Shown here one piece after another: positions 13,950 through 27,450 of a stretch of DNA of 64,000 nt. Source of the DNA: Chiloscyllium plagiosum (Eukaryota); the NCBI RefSeq assembly GCF_004010195.1, contig NC_057750.1, forward strand, positions 2,282,425-2,346,424, in the 5' to 3' direction. Position numbers and translations under genes: made by a program. Position 1 is the stretch's first letter. Each line of letters opens with the position of its first letter. A model generated the notes under the pieces. That model was given only the letters and a program-made list of their open reading frames with translations. It was not told the origin of the DNA and searched no databases.

Positions 13950-14395
13950 CGGAGAGTCACAGAGCTGTACAGCACAGAAACAGACCCTTCAGTCCAACTC
14001 GTCCATGCCAACCAATCTAATCCCATTTGCCAGAACTTATCCCTCCAAACCCTTCCTATTTATATACCCATCCAGGTGCCTTTTAAATGTTGTAATTGTA
14101 CCAGCCTCCACCAATTCCTCTGGCAGCTCATTCCATACACGCACCACCCTCTGTATCAAAACGTTGCCCCGAAGGTTCTTTTTAAATTTTTCTCCTCTCA
14201 CCCTAAACCCTCTAGTTCTGGACTCCCCCACCCAGGGTAAAGACTTTGCCTATTTATCCTATCCATGCTCCTCATGATTTTATAAACCTCTAAAAGGTCA
14301 CCCCTCAGCCTCCGATGCTCCAGGGAAAACAGCCCCAGCCTGTTCAGCCTCTCCCTGTAGCTCAGACCCTCCAACCCTGGAGCATCCTGGTAAAT
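13950..14395 (-). mobile_element. CR1 3' fragment
   Basis: RLRGDL...QRVVRVWNELPEE...FKRHLD on the minus strand. Confidence 0.85.
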
Positions 14396-15510
14396 GTTTG
14401 ATTTCTGTCTTGATAATGGAAATCCGTAAGCCTGCAGGACAGAGATTTCCAAAGGTTCCCCAGCTTCCAAGTGAGGAATTTCCTCCTGCTCTCAGTCTGA
14501 GAGGGGCTTTATTCTGAGATTGCGTCGCTGCTTCGAGACTCTCTTGGCCAGAGAAAGCTCCTGTTGACATCTGCTGAGTGAGCATTTGGACTGTTTTGTT
14601 AGGATTGCCCCTCATTCTTTTGAAGAACACATTCTTCATTCTTCTGGAGAATACAGCATTTTCTCACTCTCTCCTCCCGAAACTATCTCCATCGTGGGTC
14701 AGTCGGGGTTTTAATCCTGCCACGTCCTCTCCATGTGACTCCTGCCTAATCATGTGGGCCACAGTTACATCACGTGAAAGCCCAGTGTGGTCATCTTGTT
14801 GTGGAGGGGGTTGAGTCCATGTCCTGAAATTGTCTTTTCACCCCCACCCTGTCTCGTTGTCCCGAGGCCCTGTGGTTGCTTGGAATGAGAGATTCTGTCT
14901 TGTTAGAGGCATGTTCAGAGCCTGTGTCTGACCTGTCAGTGGGACTGACCTCAGCTTAGCTGTGTTTGTGTGTCTTTGTGTGTGTGTGTCTGTGTGTCAT
15001 CATTCTTCTCTCTGAGTCACAAGGTTTGTGGGTTCAAGTCCCGGTCTGGAGGTTTTTTCATTATTACTGTGGGTCTGGAGTCACATGTAGACCAGACTGG
15101 GTAAAGACCGCTTTTCCTGAAGGATGTTAGTGAACCAGCTGGAATTTCCTGACAATTGGCAATTGATTTATGGTCTTCGTTAGACTGTTAATTCCAGATT
15201 TTATAAAAATTGAATTCGAATTCCACTATTTGCCTGTGGAGGGATTTGAACCCAGATCCTTAGAACATTACCTGGGTCTCTGGATTAACTGTCCAGTGAT
15301 TAAAGCCATTGCCTCCCCTTAGGGTGATGTCCTGGGCTGACAGCCACAGCGCGGGGCACTGAGGGAGTGCCCTATCTCCATATGTAACTCCCCTTTTCGG
15401 ACTCTGCCAGGCTCTCCTTCTCCCTTTAACCACACTCCCCTTTTGTCGGCTTTCAGTGAGAAGATTATTTTGATCAACTTTAATGCGCGCGGGTGTTGGG
15501 GTGGAGGAGA

Positions 15511-15861
15511 ATAGAATCCCTACAGTGTGGAAACAGGCCCTTCGGCCCAACAAGTCCACCCCGACTCTCCGAAGAGTATCCCACCCAGACCCATTCCCCT
15601 ACCCTATTTCTCTACATTTACCCCTGACCAATGCACCTTACCTACACATCACTGCACACTATGGGCAATTTAGCACAGCCAATCCACCCTGACAAGCACA
15701 TCTTTGGATTGTGGGAGGAAACCGGAGCACCCGGAGGAAACCCACGCAGACACGGGGAGAATGTGCAAACTCCACACAGACAGTCGCCTGAGGCGGGAAT
15801 TGAACCTGGGTCTCTGGCGCTGTGAAGCAGCAGTGCTAACCACTGTGCCACCGTGCTGCCC
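15511..15861 (-). mobile_element. Full-length HE1-like V-SINE
   Basis: Reverse complement of the 1539 copy; further minus copies near 7932-8063, 16740-17193, 25270-25552, 27530-27825. Confidence 0.88.
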
Positions 15862-16391
15862 ACTGATCTGGAATAATGAGGACTGTGTCTTTGCAATGTG
15901 CTCTGATCCAAGGTGGCCTTGGGACCCTCGCAGATTAAGAGTCGTCCTTTGCTAACGCTCAGAACTGTGGCACAGTGCCGTGAGTGTTAGTGACCAGCAG
16001 CATCTACACCTTCATAGGCTCAACATCTCAATCTTTTTGCTAATGCTCCTTCTTTGTATTGTAAACCTTTGCAGCTATTGAGTCATAGAGCTGTACAGCA
16101 TGGCAATAAACCCTTCTGCCCAACTCGTCCATGCCGACCAGATATCCTAACCTAATCTAGTCCCATTGGCCAGCACTTGGCCCATATCCCTCTAAACCCT
16201 TCCAATTCATATACCCATCCAGACACCTTTTTAAATGTTGTCATTGTACCAGCCTCTACCATTCCAGTAATGGCCTCACCAATGTCCTGTACAACCGCAA
16301 CGTGACCTCCCCAGCCCGATCCTCCAATGCAGTGAAGTTAATGGAAGGTGATTAATTCTAGCCTGATGTGAGTGTTTTGTTTATTTTTCAG

Positions 16392-16562
16392 TGGATTGTC
16401 TCAGCCCGTCAAAGACCGGTCCCTGCCGTGCATCGTTTCCCAGGTGGTTTTACAACGTCTCCTCCAAAACCTGCAATGAATTCACTTACGGAGGCTGCCT
16501 TTCCAATGGGAACAACTACAGGAGTGAGCAGGAGTGCTGGAAGTATTGCAATGGAGTCACAG
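16392..16562 (+). CDS. SPINT2: SPINT2/HAI-2-like gene, exon encoding Kunitz domain 1
   Basis: ttttcag|TG...ACAG|gtgagg; 171 nt, phase 1-1; [56 protein letters not shown] has six Kunitz Cys, FxYGGC, P1 Arg and an NVS sequon. Confidence 0.93.
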
Positions 16563-16597
16563 GTGAGGGGAAAGTCTCCATTGTTGTACCAGACCAT

Positions 16598-16629
<32 letters not shown>

Positions 16630-16905
16630 ACTGGGGAAGGGGTTTAACCGGAGGGGGTCACCGTGCCTCGGACAAGGGGAGAGGTTGAGAAGGAGAGTAT
16701 TGTTTAACCCCTGCTCAGACGCTAAGTAATAGAATCCAGAGAACCCCTACTGTATGGAAACAGGCCCTTCGGCCCAACAAGTCCACACTGACGCTCTGAA
16801 GACTAACCCACCCGGACCTGATTTGGAGATGCCGGTGTTGGACTGTTGTGTACAAGGTTAAAACTCACAATCCCAGGTTATAGTCCAACCAGATTTATGT
16901 GGAAG

Positions 16906-16940
16906 CACTAGCTTTCGGAGTGCTGCTCCTTCATCAGGTG
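16906..16940 (-). ncRNA. Minimal type I hammerhead ribozyme core, second repeat family
   Basis: CAC-CUGAUGA-A-GGAG-CAGCA-CUCC-GAAA-GC-UA-GUG; helix I CAC/GUG, palindromic AGCU helix III. Confidence 0.65.
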
Positions 16941-17259
16941 GTTGTGAAATACCCGATTGTAAGACACCCAGACTCGTTCCCCTACCTTTATATCCTATAT
17001 TTACCCCTGACTAATGCACCTAACCTGCCCATCCCTGAACATGCTGGGCCAGTTCACCTAATCTGAATATCTTTGGACTACGCAGACACGGGGAGAACGT
17101 GCAAACTCCACACAGTCACCCGAGGCTGGAATCGAACCCGGGACCCTGGTGCTGTGGGGCAGCTGTGCTAACCACTGAGCCACCGTGCCGCCCGATACTA
17201 CTGCCTTTTTAATCCTTTTTATTTGTATAACAGCACGATATATTTTTTCACACAGTAGT

Positions 17260-17586
17260 GGGCGGCACGGTGGTTAGCACTGCTGCCTCACAGCGCCAGA
17301 GACCCAGGTTCAATTCCTGACTCAGGCGACTGACTGTGTGGAGTTTGCACATTCTCCCCGTGTCTGCGTGGGTTTCCTCCGGGTGCTCCGGTTTCCTCCC
17401 ACAGTCCAAAGATGTGCAGGTCAGGCGAATTGACCATGCTAAATTGTCTGCAGTGTTAGGTGAAGGGGTAAATGTAGGAGTATGGGTCTGGGTGGTATAC
17501 GCTTCGGCGGGTCGGTGTGGACTTGTTGGGCCGAAGGGCCTGTTTCCACACTGTAAGTAAGCTAATCTAATCCAATCTAATCTAAT
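17260..17586 (+). mobile_element. HE1-like V-SINE
   Basis: Same head and V domain with a (taatc)n tail; further plus copies near 18476-18810, 48502-48835, 54815-54950. Confidence 0.88.
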
Positions 17587-19786
17587 TTGTACCTAAGATG
17601 GCGCCATTATAAAAACTTTCCACTGCACTACAAAACAAGTGACAATAAAAGATATTAATTCATGGTACACTCAGCCAGTGCAGGGATTAAACCCATGCTG
17701 TTGGGGTCTCTCTCAATCGCTGACCAACCATCCAGCCAACTGAGCTAACCGACTCCTCAGGGAGGAATGCGAGGGAAAGCTGGAGGTGTGGCACGTCTCT
17801 GGGTTTCACATTGATTGCAGCATCTTGGAGAGATTACAGGAACGCGAGATCTCGGACCCAGCGTCTGATTCTTCTCTTGATTTTGAGAATAAGGGGGTGG
17901 CCCGGTTCAAAAGAGAACAGATGAGGAAACATTGTGCCCTCCGAGAGAAACCGTCACTGCAAGTCCCTTCCTCAAAAGGCAGTGGATGTTAAATTGTTAA
18001 ACATTTTAGAGGCCGAGGCAGGGAGATTCCAGGTGATCACGTGGATGTGCCGGAATGCAGAGTCAAGGTTAAAATGGGGTCAACTGCAATCCTTCAAATG
18101 CTTCCTACATCATAGCAGATTCCACCCTTCCAAGATACTTCCTCGGCTGTAAAGTCCATTGGTGTGCTTCAATAGTGCTACATACAACATTTTGTTAAGT
18201 GTATTTATTTATTCATTTGTAGAGTGTGGGCATCGCTGGCTGGGCCCAGCATTTATTGCCTGTCCCTAGTTGCCCCTTGAGAAGGTGGGGGTGAATTGCC
18301 TCTTTGACCCGCTGCAGTCCGTGTGCTGTGGGTTGACCCACAATGCCCTTATGGAGGGAATTCCAGGATTCTGACCCAGCGACACTGAAGGAAGGACGAT
18401 ATATTCCAAATCGGGATGGTGAGGGACTTGGAGGGGAACTTGCAGGGGGTGGCGTTCCCACGTATCTTCCCATTTGGGGGCAGCATGATGGCTCAGTGAT
18501 TAGCACTGCTGCCTCATAGCGCCAGGGAATCTGATTCAATTCCCACCTTCTGGCTACTGTCTGTGTGGAGTTTGCACGTTCTCCCCGTGTCTGCGTGGGT
18601 TTCCTCCGGGTGCTCCGGTTTCCCCCCACAGTCCAAAGATGTGCAGGTCAGGTGAATTGGCCGTGCTAAATTGCCCATAGTGTTAGGTGCATTAGTCAGG
18701 GGTAAATATAGGACAGGGGAATGGGTCTGGGTGGGTTACTCCTCAGAGGGTCGGTGTGGACTGGTCGGGCCAAAGGGCTTGTTTCCATACTGGAGGTAAT
18801 TTAATCTATTCTGCTGCCCCTTGTCCTTTTAGATGGGAGTGTTTGTGGGTTTGGAAGGTGCTGTCTGAGGATTTTTGGTGAGTTTCTGCAGGGCATCTTG
18901 TAGATGGTACACACTGCTGCTACTGAGCGTCGGTGGGGGAGGGAGTGGGTGTTTGTGGATGTGGAGCCAATCAAGTGGGGGGGCTGCTTTGTCCTGGATG
19001 GTGTTGAGCTTCTTGAGTGTTGTTGGAGCTGCCCCCATCCAGGGCAAGTGGGGAGTATTCCATCACACTCCTGAATTGTGCCTTGGAGATGGTGGACAGG
19101 CTTTGGGGGGGTCAGGAGGGGAGTTACTTGCTGCAGGATTCCCAGCCTCTGACCTGCTCTTGTAGCCGCTGTGTTTATGTGGTGAGTCCAGTTGAGTCTC
19201 TGGTCAATGGTAATTCCCAGGATGTTGGTAGTGGGGGACTCAGTGATGGTAACACCATTGAATGTCAATGAAACATTTCTCCATGTATTTGTCAAGAAAG
19301 TAACAGGATTATTGTCAAGAGTTAAAACTTGGGAGAGAGTATTTTTCAAACCCCCAAGTGGCCAAGCCTGACCACTGTATTTGTGACTGTTCACATAGAT
19401 TTGCTGGCTGAATATTTTCTATAATTGTCAGTGTTGGTAAGCAGATGCAAAAGTATCATTTATGGGTGATCCACTAAAAAAAACCCAAAGAATTGCAAAT
19501 GATGGAAATCGGGAAAGAAAACCCCAAACTTCTGGAGAAACTTAGCAGGTCTGACAGCATCTGTGGAGGTAGAAATCAGAGGTAACATTTAGAGTCCAGT
19601 GACCCTCCTACAGAACTGGACTTGAAACGTCAACTGTCTCCGTCTCTCTCTCTCTCTCTGAGTTTGTCCGCCAATTTCTCTGTATGTTATTAATAGATTG
19701 TGAGATTAGTTGAGTGTGAGATTTTAAATAAAATATATGAACAGCAACAATGACCTCAAACTTATTCTTGTTCTTTTAAAAATCAG

Positions 19787-19840
19787 AGCCAGGAAGTAAT
19801 TCAGTGCCAGTACTAAGCAGAAGTATCTCAAGTCTCAAGG
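19787..19840 (+). CDS. SPINT2: SPINT2-like gene, linker exon between Kunitz 1 and LDLRa
   Basis: ttcttttaaaaatcag|AG...AAGG|gtaagt; 54 nt, phase 1-1, open frame EPGSNSVPVLSRSISSLK. Confidence 0.75.
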
Positions 19841-21354
19841 GTAAGTAGGAACCATGTTTTGGAATCAAATAAAACGAACCTTCCAGCTCAGCGAGCAAAC
19901 CCACATCAAGAACTTCAACCTGAGCTGCAAATCTTCTCAAAGCTCTGAATCAAATCAGTTCTACGTGCCTCAATATTTCTGGTTGCTCATGTCCATGACT
20001 GAGCAGTTAACACAAAGGACTGTAAAGTTGAGCGTTTTTTAAATTATTTTTCTGCCTCGAAATTTGACGTTTTTGGTTTATTTTTCTGTGTTTTGTTGGA
20101 CCCTGTGCAGCACTTTTCATCGTGTTTTGAAACAAGGCACATGTGACAATAAATTTAATTAATAAGCAAGTGAAATCAGTAAAGCCCAGAGCTCTGCGAG
20201 ATAGATGCAGCAAAAGGATCTAACGTAAGGCCACCCACAATCTCTTCAGGTTCTTGCCTGTTGCAAAGTTGGATTTGAGCTTGGTAGTGACTGTAACAAA
20301 TATATTTGTTCACAGGATGTGGGCATTACTGGCTGGGCCAGCATTTATTACCCCATCCCTAATTACCCAGGGGGCAGTTAAGAGTCAACCCCATTGCTGT
20401 GGGCCTGGATTCACGTGTAGGCCAGACCAGGTAAGGATGGCAGTTTCCTTCCCTCAAGAACATCAGTGACCCAGGTGGGGTTTTCCAACAATCGATTCAT
20501 GGTCATCATTAGATCCTTAATTCCAGATTCTTGATTGAATTTCAAGTTGCCCATGGTGGGATCCAAACCTGGGACCCCTGAGCATTATCCTGAGTGAGGA
20601 GTCTAGCGCCTGTACCAACTGGGGCATCATCTGCCTTCTCACCGCTAGTGAGGCAGGCACTCGCCTGATCCAAATTGCCCCTTGAATGACTTGTTCAGCT
20701 ATTTCAGAGGGCAGGTGAGAGTCAGCCACATTGCGGTGGGCCTGGAGTCACGTGTAGGCCAGACTGGGTGAGGGTGGTAGATTTCCATAGAAAACCAGGC
20801 AGTGTCATGGCCCCCATCACCAGGCACAGTGCCAGTTACTGAAGGCATCTTTACCTCAAGGGTCACCATGCCTCAGACAAGGGGGTGTTGGAGGGGGAAG
20901 GGGGAGAAGGAGAGTCCTTCATTATACTGTTAGTCAGTGCGGGAATCAAACCAGCGATCCAACCAACTGAGCTAACTGCGCCCCCCCAACACTGTCACAA
21001 GTTCCCGGTTTTTATTTCCCAGCAGTGGGCTTGAGATTATAGGGACGTGGGATGATGGAGCAGGAGGCGGCTATTTGACGATTGGAGCCTGCGCTGCTGC
21101 TCGCCAAGGTCAAGGTGATCTGAGCCCTCTCCTCTCTGGGACAACCTAGAACAAGTTTAAAATGAGGGGGTGCCCAATTAAACCCGAGAGGAGGGAACGT
21201 GGCTATCCCGCCCTCCCAGCGGCAGTGGGTCCGTTAGCCACCACGTGTGGTTCATTCATCCTGGGGGTGGATTAGCAATCTCTCCATTCCCCTGCCCCTC
21301 ACCATCACTCCCTCCACCCCCCCACTTTGATGTGGCTGTGTTGTGTAATTCCAG

Positions 21355-21480
21355 ACTGTTCCGGGCCGTGTGCTGCGAGTCAGTTTCAGTGTGCGGATGG
21401 CTGCTGTGTCTCTCGCGACCTCCTGTGTGATGGCACCACTCGATGTCTGGATAAGTCGGACGAAGATTACTGCCGAGCTG
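21355..21480 (+). CDS. SPINT2: SPINT2-like gene, LDL-receptor class A domain exon
   Basis: ttccag|AC...GCTG|gtacct; 126 nt, phase 1-1; DCSGPCAASQFQCADGCCVSRDLLCDGTTRCLDKSDEDYCRA has DxSDE and the 8-Cys pattern of HAI-1 LDLRa. Confidence 0.9.
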
Positions 21481-21839
21481 GTACCTGGCTGAGCGAGGTC
21501 TCCCTTGTGGGAGGGGAGGGGGCAAAGTTGGTGTCCCTGGGGGAGGTGTCCTTGGTGGGTGGGGGGAGGTGTCCCTGCTGGGGGGGGGGGAGGTGTCCCA
21601 GGGGGATGTTCCTCTGGGACTGGTTCTGTTCTCTAGGGGCTCCAGCTGAAGAGGGTGGTCCTTCTGGTGCCCAGTCTCAGGAGTGTGAAACTCCGTGGTG
21701 CTGGTCTGAGAAGGTGCCACTACCAGCTCCACCCAGGGTCATCCGTCACTCTGCTCCTTCTGGGCCAGGTTGGTGGTCTCTAACCTGTCCTGAAATCACC
21801 TGAATTCTATCCATCTGAAGCCCTCTCCATCCTCATCCT

Positions 21840-23460
21840 ACAGAGTCATACAGCTCGGAAACAGACCCTTCGGTCCAACCCATCCATTCTGACCATGTTC
21901 CCAAACTCATCCTACCTCATAGGGTCATAGAGTGATAGAGCTGTACAGCATGGAAACGACCCTTCGGTCCAACCCATCCATGCCGACCAGATATCCCAAC
22001 CCAATCTAGTCCCACCGGCCAGCACCCGGCCCCTATCCCTCCAAACCCTTCCTATGCCTTTTAAATGTTGTAATTGTACCAGCCTCCACCACATCCTTTG
22101 GCAGCTCATTCCACACACGTACCACCCTCTGTGTGAAAAAGTTGCCCCTTAGGTCTCTTTTATGCCTGCATTTGGCACACATCCCTCCAAATGTTTCTTC
22201 TTCATGGATTTAGCCAAGTGTCTTTTAAACGTTGTAACTGTATCTGCGTCCGCCACTTCCCCAGGAAGTTCCACACACAAACCTCCCTCTGCAAAAAAAA
22301 AAGCCCCTTCTGACTTTGTTTAAAATCTTTCTCCTCTCGCCTTCAGAATGTGCCCCCCAGCCTTGAACTCCCCCACCCTAGCGATAAGTCACCCTATCCA
22401 TGCTCCCCATTATTTTATAAATCCCTTAACCTCCTACGTGCCAGGGAAAACAGTCCCAGCCTATCCAGCCTTTCCCTATAGCTCAAACCCTCCAACCCTG
22501 GCAACACCCTGGTAAATCTGTTCTGAACCCTCTCCAGTTTAATAATCTCCTTCCTATAACTGGGCGACGAGAACTGGGCACAGTATTCCAGGAGAAACCT
22601 CCTCCAGTGTCCTGTACAATCTCAACATGACTTCCCAACTCCTGTACTCAAAGGACTGAGCAATGAGCATTCCTGAAGAAGGGCTTATGCCCCCGAAACG
22701 TCGATTCTCCTGTTCCCTGGATGCTGCCTGACCTGCTGCGCTTTTCCAGCAACACATTTCCAGCTCTGAGCAATGACGGCAAGTGAGCTAAACACCTTCT
22801 TAACTGCCCTGTCTAGATGTGAAGCAAAACTTCACAGAAATATAGTACCTGAACCCTTGGGTCTCTCTGTTCTACGACACCACCCAGGCCCTACCGTTAA
22901 CTGTATAAATCCTACCCCTGTTTGTTTTACCATAAAGCAATATCTCGCGTTTATCCTCCATCTGCCACTCCTCAGCCCATTGACCCAATTGATCCAGACC
23001 TCTCTGTATTCGGAGTTAACCTTCCTCACTGTCCACTAGGTCACCAATTTTGGTGTCATCCACAAACTTGCTAACCGGGCCTCCTGTGTTCTCATCCAAC
23101 TTGTTTATATAAAAGGCAATCAGAAGTAATTCCTGCAATGCTCAGTCTGACACGGCCTCTTTGTCCAACATTTCTTCAGAAGATAAACTCTTCATCTCCA
23201 GAAAAATGATTAATCTTTGTATTTAATTGAGGAGGCGGGAGCTGTGCAGAGTCCTCTGGACACAGTCTCCCCCCACACCCTGTACAGCTGCAGTGAAACT
23301 TTCCCACTCCTATATTCCATTCCCCTCACAATCAACGCCCACATTCCTCTTGCTTTCCTAATTACTTGCTGCATATGATCCATGCACTGGGTCACCCAGA
23401 TCCCTCTGTACCACTGAGTTCTGCAATCTCTCTCCATTTTAAATAGCACACTGCCATCAG
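21840..23460 (-). mobile_element. Cluster of CR1 3' fragments
   Basis: CR1 3' UTR repeats and EYRSWEVMLRLYRTL-like remnants on the minus strand. Confidence 0.8.
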
Positions 23461-25698
23461 ACTCCTTCCACCCAATCCTTTGCCCCCTCCCTCCTTCTCT
23501 CTCTGTCCCCCCCTCCCTCCTTCTCTCTCTCTCTCTGTCCCCCCTCCCTCCNNNNNNNNNNNNNNNNNNNNNNNNNNNNNNNNNNNNNNNNNNNNNNNNN
23601 NNNNNNNNNNNNNNNNNNNNNNNNNNNNNNNNNNNNNNNNNNNNNNNNNNNNNNNNNNNNNNNNNNNNNNNNNNNNNNNNNNNNNNNNNNNNNNNNNNNN
23701 NNNNNNNNNNNNNNNNNNNNNNNNNNNNNNNNNNNNNNNNNNNNNNNNNNNNNNNNNNNNNNNNNNNNNNNNNNNNNNNNNNNNNNNNNNNNNNNNNNNN
23801 NNNNNNNNNNNNNNNNNNNNNNNNNNNNNNNNNNNNNNNNNNNNNNNNNNNNNNNNNNNNNNNNNNNNNNNNNNNNNNNNNNNNNNNNNNNNNNNNNNNN
23901 NNNNNNNNNNNNNNNNNNNNNNNNNNNNNNNNNNNNNNNNNNNNNNNNNNNNNNNNNNNNNNNNNNNNNNNNNNNNNNNNNNNNNNNNNNNNNNNNNNNN
24001 NNNNNNNNNNNNNNNNNNNNNNNNNNNNNNNNNNNNNNNNNNNNNNNNNNNNNNNNNNNNNNNNNNNNNNNNNNNNNNNNNNNNNNNNNNNNNNNNNNNN
24101 NNNNNNNNNNNNNNNNNNNNNNNNNNNNNNNNNNNNNNNNNNNNNNNNNNNNNNNNNNNNNNNNNNNNNNNNNNNNNNNNNNNNNNNNNNNNNNNNNNNN
24201 NNNNNNNNNNNNNNNNNNNNNNNNNNNNNNNNNNNNNNNNNNNNNNNNNNNNNNNNNNNNNNNNNNNNNNNNNNNNNNNNNNNNNNNNNNNNNNNNNNNN
24301 NNNNNNNNNNNNNNNNNNNNNNNNNNNNNNNNNNNNNNNNNNNNNNNNNNNNNNNNNNNNNNNNNNNNNNNNNNNNNNNNNNNNNNNNNNNNNNNNNNNN
24401 NNNNNNNNNNNNNNNNNNNNNNNNNNNNNNNNNNNNNNNNNNNNNNNNNNNNNNNNNNNNNNNNNNNNNNNNNNNNNNNNNCTTCTCTCTCTCTCCGTCC
24501 CCGCCTCCCTCCCACCGCCTGCCTGTGCCACTGGGTGCCAGGTTTTGCTGTTTGCCTACACAGTGTCCTGGGCTCTTTCTGTGCATTGAGGATGGTGTTG
24601 CTCAGTCTGTGTTGTACCCGGGAGTGTGTTCTCCAGCTCCATCCCCTGTCCGTCTCCGCAGACAGCCGGTTTACAATTCCGAGTTTGTGAAGCCAACAAT
24701 CCTTTTGTTTCTAAACCTGGGGACAGGACGAGGCCATTCAGCCCCTTGAGCCTGTTCTGTCGCCACTCACTGAGATTGTGGCCTAGCCCCTGTCAGGCCC
24801 TGACTCTTGTGAAGCTTAAATCTTTAATAAATCACAGAAGAGTTCTCTGGAGGGGCAGAGTGAGTGTGTGAGCTGTTGCCGTGAATTGGAAAGTGTGTGG
24901 GCTGTTGAGGTCAGGCTAGTGGGGGCCTGTGGTTTGTTGGTGTGACCTACTCTCACCCAGAGCCATGAAGTGACCTGTGTTTTTGATTCTCTTTCTTTAT
25001 TATTATCGTGGAGGGACTGTTACTGTGGCCTGTTTAATTCTGTATTTTTAAAGTTTATTTTCCCCCTAAGAATTTGCACTCGGGAGTCTGTACCTGACTC
25101 GCTTTGTAGCTGAGGGGCACTAAGTGGTGACTGGTAAACTTTTCACTCTCCTCCTGTGGCAATAAAGCTGACTCTATTCAATTTCCGATCGAACTGGGCT
25201 GGCTGGCTGGTTCCTATCATCACGGGCGAAGGGTAAGGGAAACTTAGACTTCTGAGGCAGTCAGTGAGATCATAGAATCCCTACAGTTATGGAAACAGGC
25301 CATTTGGCCCAACAAGTCCACACTGCCCCTCCAGAGAGTAACTCCATTTCCCCTGACTAATGCACCTAATCCACACACCGCTGAAGATCGTGGCCAATCC
25401 ACCCAAACCTGCACATCTTTGGGAGGAAACCAGAGGAAACCCACGCAGACACGGGGACAATGTGCTAACTCCACACAGGCAGACAGCCAAGGCTGGATTT
25501 AAACCTGGGTCCCTGGTGCCGTGAGGCAGCAGTGCTAACCACTGAGCTGCCCGGTGGGGGTGGAGGGACACAGGGAGGGAGGGGCACAGCTTGTATCTAA
25601 CTCGGGTCTTACACCCTCTGAAGCTTTGAGGACTTTTATGAAGCGACTGGATGGCCTGTTTAACCATTTTCTCCCCCCACTCTCTCTCTCCATTTCAG

Positions 25699-25755
25699 TC
25701 CGAGATAGTTACGACCAGTTGATCAAGAAACAGGACCCGGGTCCACAGGATAATG
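25699..25755 (+). CDS. SPINT2: SPINT2-like gene, linker exon after LDLRa
   Basis: ctccatttcag|TC...AATG|gtgagt; 57 nt, phase 1-1; VRDSYDQLIKKQDPGPQDN. Confidence 0.82.
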
Positions 25756-26409
25756 GTGAGTCTCTGTGTGCCTTGCTCTGCGAGGTTTCACTGGGTTTCT
25801 CCAATGGCACAGGGAGGGAGTGGGAGGAAAGCTGTACCTCAGGGTCTGCGCTCCCCCCCCCCCCCCCAGTGTGGTGAAAATGGAATTGCAGTTCCACACC
25901 AGCTCCGGTCAGGAAGTAAAAACTGACAGAACTGCGGACACTGTAAAAGCAATCAGATAGTGCTGGAAAAACTCAACAGGTCTGTGAAGAGAAATCAGAA
26001 ATCACTCAACCTGAGACGTTAACTCTGATTTCTCTCCACCAGACCTGCTGAGCTTTTCCAGCAATTTCTGTTCTGGTTTGAGATGGTGAAGTGATCAGTC
26101 CCATTGGACACTGACTCCCGCAAAGCTTAGTCTTAAAGTAAATGGTTTAAGAATCCTCCCCCAGTGAGGTGTGAATGTGAGCACTGAGTGGAGGCCGTAC
26201 ACATCAGTCTGGGGAGTGGGAGGGTGGGGCGTGTACCCAGGGGAGTCCTGATGCTCTGGGTATCCTTCCTGCCCCATCTGAGTGTGACCCCTGATGCAGA
26301 GAATGAAAGTGAGCTGGTGTAGATCCTGTGTCTCCCTCTCTGAGCCAGAATATTCTGCATAAATGAGCAAAGATAGTTCATACCGGACTGGAAACATTAA
26401 CGTTTCTAA

Positions 26410-27450
26410 TTTACTCATGGGATGTGGGTGTCACTGGCTGGGCCCAACATTTATAACCCGTCCCTAGTTGCCCCCCTTGAGAAGTTGGGGGGTGAGCTGC
26501 CTTCTTGAACTGCTGCAGTCCCTGTGCTGTGGGTTGACCCACAATGCCCTTAGGGAGGGAATTCCAGGATTCTGACCCAGTGACACTGAAGGAACAGTGA
26601 CATATTTCCAAGTCGGGATGGTGAGGGACTTGGAGGGGAACTTGCAGGGGGTGGTGTTCCCATGTATCTGCTGCCCCGTGTCCTTCTCGATGGAAGTGGC
26701 CGTGGGTTTGGAAGGTGCTGTCTGAGGGTCTTTGGTGAGTTTCTGCAGGGCATCTTGTAGATGGTACACACTGCTGCTACTGAGCGTCGGTGGGGGAGGG
26801 AGTGGGTGTTTGTGGCCAGTTGAGTTTCTGGTCAATGGTAATTCCCAGGATGTTGATAGTGAGGGATTCAGTGATGGTAACACCATTGAATGTCAAGGGG
26901 TGGTGGTTAGAGTGTCTTGTATTGGTGATGGTCATTGTCTGGCATTTGTGTGGCGCCAATGTTACTTGCCACTTGTCAGCCCAAGCCTGGATATTGTCCA
27001 GATCTTGCTGCATTTGAACACAGACTGTTTCAGTATCTGAGGAGTCACGAATGGTGCTGAACATTATCCAATCATCAGCAAATATCCCCATTTCTGACCT
27101 TATGATGGAGGGAAGGTCATTGATGAAGCAGCTGAAGGTGGTTGGGCCGAGGACACTCCCCTGAGGGACTCCTGCAGAGATCTCCTGGAGCTGAGATAAC
27201 TGACCTTCAACATCCACAACCACCTTCCTGTGTGCCATGTGTGTCTCCAACCAGCGGAGTGATGCCCCCTGATGCCAGTTTTGCCAGGGCTCCTTGATGC
27301 CACACTCCTTGATGTCACGGGCTGTCCCTGTCCCCTCCCCTCTGGAATTCAGCTCTTTTATCAATGTTTAACCCAAGACTGGAATGAGGTCAGGAGCTGA
27401 GTGACCCTGGGGGACCCAAACTGGGTGTCACTGAGCAGGTTATTGCTGCT
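26410..27450 (-). mobile_element. L2/CR1-group LINE of a second family, RT fragment plus 3' end
   Basis: [21 protein letters not shown]...FADD; same 3' end recurs at about 18213-19270(-), 31970-32150(-), 40530-40900(+), 47395-47670(+), 61530-61765(-). Confidence 0.8.

Noticed and set aside
23210..24589. Long ORFs here and at 38589-39383, 43550-44756, 59132-60223
   Set aside because: Length comes from translating N runs
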